Of a DNA stretch of 64,000 nt, positions 58,693-64,000 are shown in pieces; positions within the stretch are counted from its first letter, which is position 1, and each line of letters starts with the position of its first letter. The notes beneath the pieces were generated by a model. The model saw only the letters and a program-made list of their open reading frames with translations. It did not search any database and had not been told where the DNA came from. Position numbers and translations under genes: made by a program. The DNA comes from Chloroflexota bacterium (lineage in GTDB: Bacteria; Chloroflexota; UBA11872; VXNJ01), in the NCBI GenBank assembly GCA_965249595.1, contig OZ252242.1:197433-261432 (forward strand), written 5' to 3'.

Positions 58693-59606
58693 TCCGCTTC
58701 CCCATTCTGACCCTCATAAAAGTGCAAAAAGGTCTCTTCCAATGACGGTGATGATGATTCGATATCGGTTACTTCAAAGTTCGCCAGGGTTTTGACAAGC
58801 GAATCCATTCCGGCGGTTACGGCAAACGTAACCGTATCGGCTGAGGCCTCCGTCACCGCGACACCCTCGATCGACGCAAAGTTTGCCGGATCGACCGGCT
58901 GGCCAAATTGCACTGTAACCGGTTTGACAAGGCGCGATTTGAGATCGGCAATCCGATCGACGGTAACGATTTGACCGCCGCGGATGAACGCCACTCGATC
59001 ACAGAGTTCTTCGACCTCGGAGAGGACGTGGGATGAGAAAAACACGGTCGTCCCGCGGCCCGCCGCTTCACGCAAATACGCGTGCAGGGCCTGTTGGATC
59101 AAGGGGTCAAGGCCGCTGGTCGGTTCATCTAAGACAAGCAGCTGTGGATCCGATTGCATGGCCCCGACCAATGCCAGCTTCTGCCGCATCCCGCGGGAGA
59201 ACGATCCCACCCGACCGCGGGGATCCAGCTCCAACCGTTCCAACAATTCATCGCGCCGAGTCGACGTCCGGCCGGACAATGAAGCGAGCAGGTTTAGCGT
59301 CTGCCGCCCGCTTAGCTGATCGTAGAACGAGACCTCGCCAGGGAGATAGCCGGTCAGATTGCGGATCGCGATCGAGTCGGCGCGCGAGCCGTAGCCATGC
59401 ACTTTGACAATCCCGCGCGTGGGCCGTATCAGATCCAGCATGACGCGGATGGCGGTCGATTTACCAGCGCCATTTGGTCCCAAAAACCCAAATATTTCGC
59501 CTGACGAAACCTGCAGATTGATGCCGTCGAGGGCCAGGGTCGAGCCATAGTACTTGGTGAGCGATTCAATTTCAATCGCCGGTGCGAGAGTTGAAGGATC
59601 GTTCAT
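58689..59606 (-). CDS. ABC-2 exporter ATP-binding protein
   Basis: GPNGAGKST, FSRGMRQK, LDEPTSGLD and SSHVLSEVE. Confidence 0.94.
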   Translation of the reverse strand: MNDPSTLAPAIEIESLTKYYGSTLALDGINLQVSSGEIFGFLGPNGAGKSTAIRVMLDLIRPTRGIVKVHGYGSRADSIAIRNLTGYLPGEVSFYDQLSGRQTLNLLASLSGRTSTRRDELLERLELDPRGRVGSFSRGMRQKLALVGAMQSDPQLLVLDEPTSGLDPLIQQALHAYLREAAGRGTTVFFSSHVLSEVEELCDRVAFIRGGQIVTVDRIADLKSRLVKPVTVQFGQPVDPANFASIEGVAVTEASADTVTFAVTAGMDSLVKTLANFEVTDIESSSPSLEETFLHFYEGQNGEAE

Positions 59607-59657
59607 GGTCGGATCATTGTCGACACCTCGCCCAAGAAAAGTTGAGCGTAGTTCACA

Positions 59658-60521
59658 TCAAGACAGGATGATATTCATCATACGGCGGCTAAATTCACCC
59701 GCCTCGATATCTTCCATCAACTCGGCCGACCGCTGCCCGGGCACCAGTCGCATGCGGGCGTCAATCAACTCGGCCGCGATCCCGGTTCGTTGCCAGGAAT
59801 AGAGCTCCGGCCAAATCAGGGCCCCGAGCGTGGCCGGATCAAACATCGGCGTCTGCTGGCGCGACCGGCCGTTTAGATACTGCTCGAGCATGCCGGCCAA
59901 ACTCTCTCCGGACGCGGTGCCGGCTCGACGCAGCCGCGCTGCTTGGTCGAAGCCGATCTGGGCTCGCCGCGTGGGGCCGATGAGGCCAATGGCAATTTCC
60001 GCATCGGACTGAACGACTTTGCAGGCGGCGACGGGATCACAGTTGAAGTTCCATTCGCCCTGCGGGCCGTCGGGAAACCGTCCGCCCATGATTAGCAACT
60101 GTCCCACCTGGCCGGCAAAGGCGGGAAAGCGCCGGATCGCCTCAGCGATATTGGTTAACGGCCCCACCGCGCAAACCACCACCACTCCGGGCCGCTGTTT
60201 TACGAGTTCGATCATCACATCAACGCCGTCGCTCTCGCCCACCGCGGCGCTGTCGGGAACGAAACCCTTGCCCGATTCCATCGATGTGGTGGCCAACACG
60301 TCCGAGCGGTTGATACCGTGACCGGCAAAAACCGGTACATCCTTGCGGCCGGCCTCATCGAGAACCCGCCGCGCCAATTTGGCTCGTAAGCCGGTGTCGC
60401 CGTGGGCGGTGATAACTGCCAGAAGGTCAATTGCCTCGGCCTTGGCGGCCAAGGCTATTGCAAAAACGTCATCGACGTCATCGCCGGTGTCGGTATCGAG
60501 TATTACCGGCCGCTTATCCAT
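59658..60521 (-). CDS. Nucleoside hydrolase (IU-NH family)
   Basis: DTDTGDDVDD, GPLTNIA, IMGG, EWNF.CDP and FDP. Confidence 0.88.
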   Translation of the reverse strand: MDKRPVILDTDTGDDVDDVFAIALAAKAEAIDLLAVITAHGDTGLRAKLARRVLDEAGRKDVPVFAGHGINRSDVLATTSMESGKGFVPDSAAVGESDGVDVMIELVKQRPGVVVVCAVGPLTNIAEAIRRFPAFAGQVGQLLIMGGRFPDGPQGEWNFNCDPVAACKVVQSDAEIAIGLIGPTRRAQIGFDQAARLRRAGTASGESLAGMLEQYLNGRSRQQTPMFDPATLGALIWPELYSWQRTGIAAELIDARMRLVPGQRSAELMEDIEAGEFSRRMMNIILS

Positions 60522-60599
60522 AACGGGCCCTCTTTTGGATGGGTGCTGGGTCTGCTTTGCCCGCCGCGCCTGGACCGCGGCGGGCAATAATTTCGATTA

Positions 60600-62198
60600 A
60601 TGCGATTATCATTGCCGCCTTTTGACTGTTCGCCGCGCCGCGGACCAACCGCCGTTCGCGGGATGGTTGCCGCCGGCCAGCCGTTGGCCGCCAGCGTCGG
60701 GCTTCAGATACTGGCCGGCGGCGGAAATGCTTACGACGCTGCGCTGGCGATGGCGGCCGCCATCGCCGTCGTCGAACCGGCCATGAATTCAATTGGTGGC
60801 GATGCCTTCTGCATCGCCCATCGAGCCGGTGGACGGCCGTACGCCCTCAACGCCTCGGGACCCGCACCCTTGGGCGCGAGCGCCCAGTCCTACGGCGAGA
60901 GGATAAATCCGCTGGGCCTGGCCGCCGCATCCATCCCGGGCGCGATCAGGGCCTGGCAAGCGCTACATAGCGCCGGTTGCAGTAAATCCTGGGCCGACCT
61001 GCTGGCCCCGGCTATCTCGTATGCTCGCGAGGGCATTGCGACCTCGGCCTCACTGGCGGCCCATTGCCGCCAGTTTGCCGGCGATTTGGCCCGTTTCCCG
61101 GCCAGCGCAGCGGTATTTTTGCCCCAAGGCCAACCGCTGCTGGAAGGCCAGCTGCTAGTCCAGGGCGACCTGGCCCGGACCCTGGAAGAAATATCGGCCA
61201 GTGGTGACGCATCAGGGTTCTATGACGGATCGTTTGCCGCCAATCTGGAAGCCCACGCCCGACGCAGCGGCCAACCCCATCGGGCCAGCGATCTGCAGTT
61301 GGCCCGCTGCGATCAACTCGACCCGTTGGCCGTCTCCTACCTCGACCACCGCGTCTGCGCCCAGCCGCCGGTCAGCCAGGGCTACGTAACCCTGGCCGCA
61401 CTGCGAATTGGCCAATTGGCCGGCGCCGGCCAATTGGAGTTCGCCGACCCGCAGCGCATCCATCTGGCAATCGAGGCCAAAAAGGCGGCTTTCGGTCTAC
61501 GCCACAGGTTCCTCGGCGATCCTGCCTTTGAGGGTGGCGACGGCGCCGAATACCTAAGTGACGATCACCTGGCGGAAGCCGCGGCAAGCATCAATCCGGC
61601 CAGTGCCAGCCAACCTCCAGTCCGCCGCGTTCTCGCCGGCAGCGACACCACCTGCCTGGCGGCCGCCGATGACCGGGGCAACTCCATCGCCTACATCCAG
61701 AGCATCTTCGCCGCCTTCGGGTGCCGTGAAATGATTCCCGATACCGGCGTAATGATGAACAACCGGATTACCGGGTTTTCACTCGATCCGGCAAGTCCCA
61801 ACTTTCTGCGCGGCGGCCGCCGGCCGGCCCATACGCTCATGACCTGGATGGCCCTGCAGGGGTCGTCGGCGGTGGCTTTTGGCTCCACTGCCGGCGGGCA
61901 CTACCAGGTCCAGACCAATCAGCAATTGATCGAATCGCACCTGCGTTACCGGCTTCCCTTACAGAGCTGTTTCGAAGCCCCGCGCTGGGGTCACGACGAG
62001 GAAACCGGCCATGTCTTCATCGAGGATCGATTCGGCCGGCCCGTAGCTGAGGTTCTTCAAGCCATGGGGCACAACGCCCATTCGGCGGGTCTTTGGGGTG
62101 CCGGCTCACGTGGGCTGGCAATCGGGCGGAATCTGACCGCCAACACCCTTACCGCCGGCTGTGACCCACGCTGGCACGGTACCGCCATCGGGTACTAG
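60600..62198 (+). CDS. ggt: Gamma-glutamyltransferase family Ntn-hydrolase
   Basis: GGNA.DAA, VEP...IGGD.F, DTT nucleophile, GN, NNR..GF and DPR..G. Confidence 0.9.
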   Translation: MRLSLPPFDCSPRRGPTAVRGMVAAGQPLAASVGLQILAGGGNAYDAALAMAAAIAVVEPAMNSIGGDAFCIAHRAGGRPYALNASGPAPLGASAQSYGERINPLGLAAASIPGAIRAWQALHSAGCSKSWADLLAPAISYAREGIATSASLAAHCRQFAGDLARFPASAAVFLPQGQPLLEGQLLVQGDLARTLEEISASGDASGFYDGSFAANLEAHARRSGQPHRASDLQLARCDQLDPLAVSYLDHRVCAQPPVSQGYVTLAALRIGQLAGAGQLEFADPQRIHLAIEAKKAAFGLRHRFLGDPAFEGGDGAEYLSDDHLAEAAASINPASASQPPVRRVLAGSDTTCLAAADDRGNSIAYIQSIFAAFGCREMIPDTGVMMNNRITGFSLDPASPNFLRGGRRPAHTLMTWMALQGSSAVAFGSTAGGHYQVQTNQQLIESHLRYRLPLQSCFEAPRWGHDEETGHVFIEDRFGRPVAEVLQAMGHNAHSAGLWGAGSRGLAIGRNLTANTLTAGCDPRWHGTAIGY

Positions 62199-64000
62199 AG
62201 ACCCGGCCGAAAAGTCCCTGTACAAAGGGCTGATTCATACTCTAACAATTAAAATATCCATGAGGTTTAAAACCTCTTTCGTCAAGAGTAATTGAAACCA
62301 GGTTGGGAAGCTTAAAGATGCTCGGATCACACTCCCCGCGGGGATTTGACCAGGCCGACCAGCGCCACCTTGACTACGCCGGTGAAAACACCTTTTACGG
62401 GCTATTGGCAAAGATGCGCGGGGAACTGTTTCGGGACGAGGACTTTGCCGACCTCTACTGCCCCGACAACAGACGGGTAAGCGTCCCGCCATCCATCCTG
62501 GCCACCGCCCTGCTATTACAGACCTACGACCGGGTATCTGACGAAGAGGCCAAGCGCCGGGCCGACTTTGACCTGCAGTGGAAGGTGGCGCTGGGGATCG
62601 AACTGCGCGAGCGCGCCTTCGCCAAGTCCACCCCGCAGCTGTTTCGCAGCCAGCTGATCCTGCACGGAAAGCTGCGGGCGGTCTTTAAGCGCTCCCTGCA
62701 ATACGCCCGCCAATCCGGGCTTCTAAAGGGCCGCCGCATGAAGCTGGCGGTTGATACCACCGCCATCCTGGGCAAGGGGCGGTAAGGGACACCTACAACC
62801 TGATCGGCGACGGGACCGTCCAGCTCGCCCGCGCCCTGGCCGAGCTGGACGGTCGGGACGCTGCCGACTGGGCCGGCGAGAACGGCTACGCCCTCTACTT
62901 CGGCACGAGCCTTAAGGGAGCGGCCGCCATTGACTGGTCCGACCGCAAGCAGAGGCGCAGGCTGCTCCGGCGCGTCGTTAGCGACGCCGACGCCCTGCTT
63001 AGCCGGGCCAGGAGTGTTAACGCCGGATTGGATCCCGGCGATAAGCACTCCCGGAAACTTACCCAGGCATCCTCGCTGCTTCTTAAGATCATGCTCCAGG
63101 ACATAGAGCGCGCGCCGGACCGCGAACCCGGCGCTAAAGAACCCGACCGGGACCTGCCCGACATCGCCAGGGGCGGACGGAATCGCCTGCTCTCGCTCAG
63201 CGACCCCGACATGCGCCATGGACGCAAGAGCTCGGCCAATGGCTTTGCCGGCCACAAGGCGTCGGTCATCACCGACACCGACACCGGTCTTATCACCGCG
63301 GTCGCGGTACTGCCCGGCAACTCCCCCGACGCCGAGGGTGCGCTGGATCTGGTTAGAGAGTCGGAAGCGAACGCCTCAGTTACCGCCGAGCCAGGTCATC
63401 GGCGACTGCGCCTATGGCGACGGGCAGACCCGTCAGGCGTTCTCTGACGCCGGCTACGACCTGGCGGCCCGGGTTCCGGGCAGACCGCGCTCGTCCTACT
63501 TCGTCAAGGGCGACTTCGACATCGACCTTAAGGACCTCACCGGCACCTGTCCGGCCGGGCAGACGACATCCGACCTGCGCAGTGGCGGCTATCGCCGCAG
63601 CGCCTCGGGGGACAACATTCCCAACCGTCAGTTCGTCTTTGCCCGCTCTGTCTGCGGGGCCTGTGAATTGAGGCGCTCCTGCCTGCGGGCAAAAAGCAAA
63701 TGGGGGCGTCGGGTGAGACTTCATCCCCAGGAAGGCTTGCTGCAGCGGGCCAGGATGCTGCCGCGGAGCGCTCAATACCCCGAGATCGCCCGCCGCCGCC
63801 GCGTCATCGAGCACCGCCTGGCCAGGCTTGTCCAGTTGGGGGTAAGGCGAACGCGTTTCTTCGGGCGAACCAAGACCGCCTACCAACTGCTGATGGCGGC
63901 AACGGTCGCCAACCTCACCCTGACCGCCGGCAAGGTGGGCGCATTGGGCCCAGGAGGTCCAGATACGGGGCCGAGTAGCGGAAAGTGCCCCCGATCGGGC
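62199..64000 (+). mobile_element. IS1182-family insertion sequence (right end outside the window)
   Basis: Starts immediately after CTAG at the ggt stop codon; AT-rich leader; DDE transposase with zinc-finger-like C-terminus. Confidence 0.8.
62318..64000 (+). pseudogene. IS1182-family transposase with two frameshifts
   Basis: F.DLY.PD..R.S.PP, LQ.YD.VSD.EA, VDTT, S..DPDMRHGRK, GD.AYG, CPAG and IEH.LA.L; shifts near 62780 and 63391. Confidence 0.85.

Overview
A gene-dense, GC-rich bacterial chromosomal segment. Chloroflexota is inferred from the Val/Glu/Thr-rich linker in the ABC binding protein, the Arg-type EF-P, a baseplate-J-like gene in the alaS-ruvX-mltG operon and the form II cox genes. 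It is mostly housekeeping and metabolic: fpr, RraA-like, birA, mrp, rnhB, rplS, coaE, ribD-ribE-ribBA-ribH, a sugar ABC transporter, a small surface-polysaccharide cluster, an enolase-superfamily dehydratase, two paralogous form II CoxL/CutA-type molybdoenzyme subunits with coxG/S/M, secDF, an alaS-baseplateJ-ruvX-mltG-pepP-efp-accB-like operon, argF-dacA-cdaR, rarA, YfhO/GT4, an ANTAR regulator, dnaN, an ABC-2 exporter, a nucleoside hydrolase, ggt, and a frameshifted IS1182-family element at the right edge. I saw no tRNA, rRNA, CRISPR array or prophage. Five observations stand out. (1) Several full-length ORFs have lost their catalytic motifs: a BCCP with no biotin lysine, a dead RibB domain, DacA with DLA/RHC motifs, a BY-kinase without Walker motifs, and a prenyltransferase fold without DDxxD. 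(2) A membrane-anchored baseplate-J-like gene sits in a core operon with no phage context. (3) A candidate two-state RNA switch precedes coxG. (4) The duplicated CoxL copy has a set of substitutions to basic residues. (5) Fragments of fhs and tig are fused back to back. All calls come from motif recognition by eye; no searches were run.
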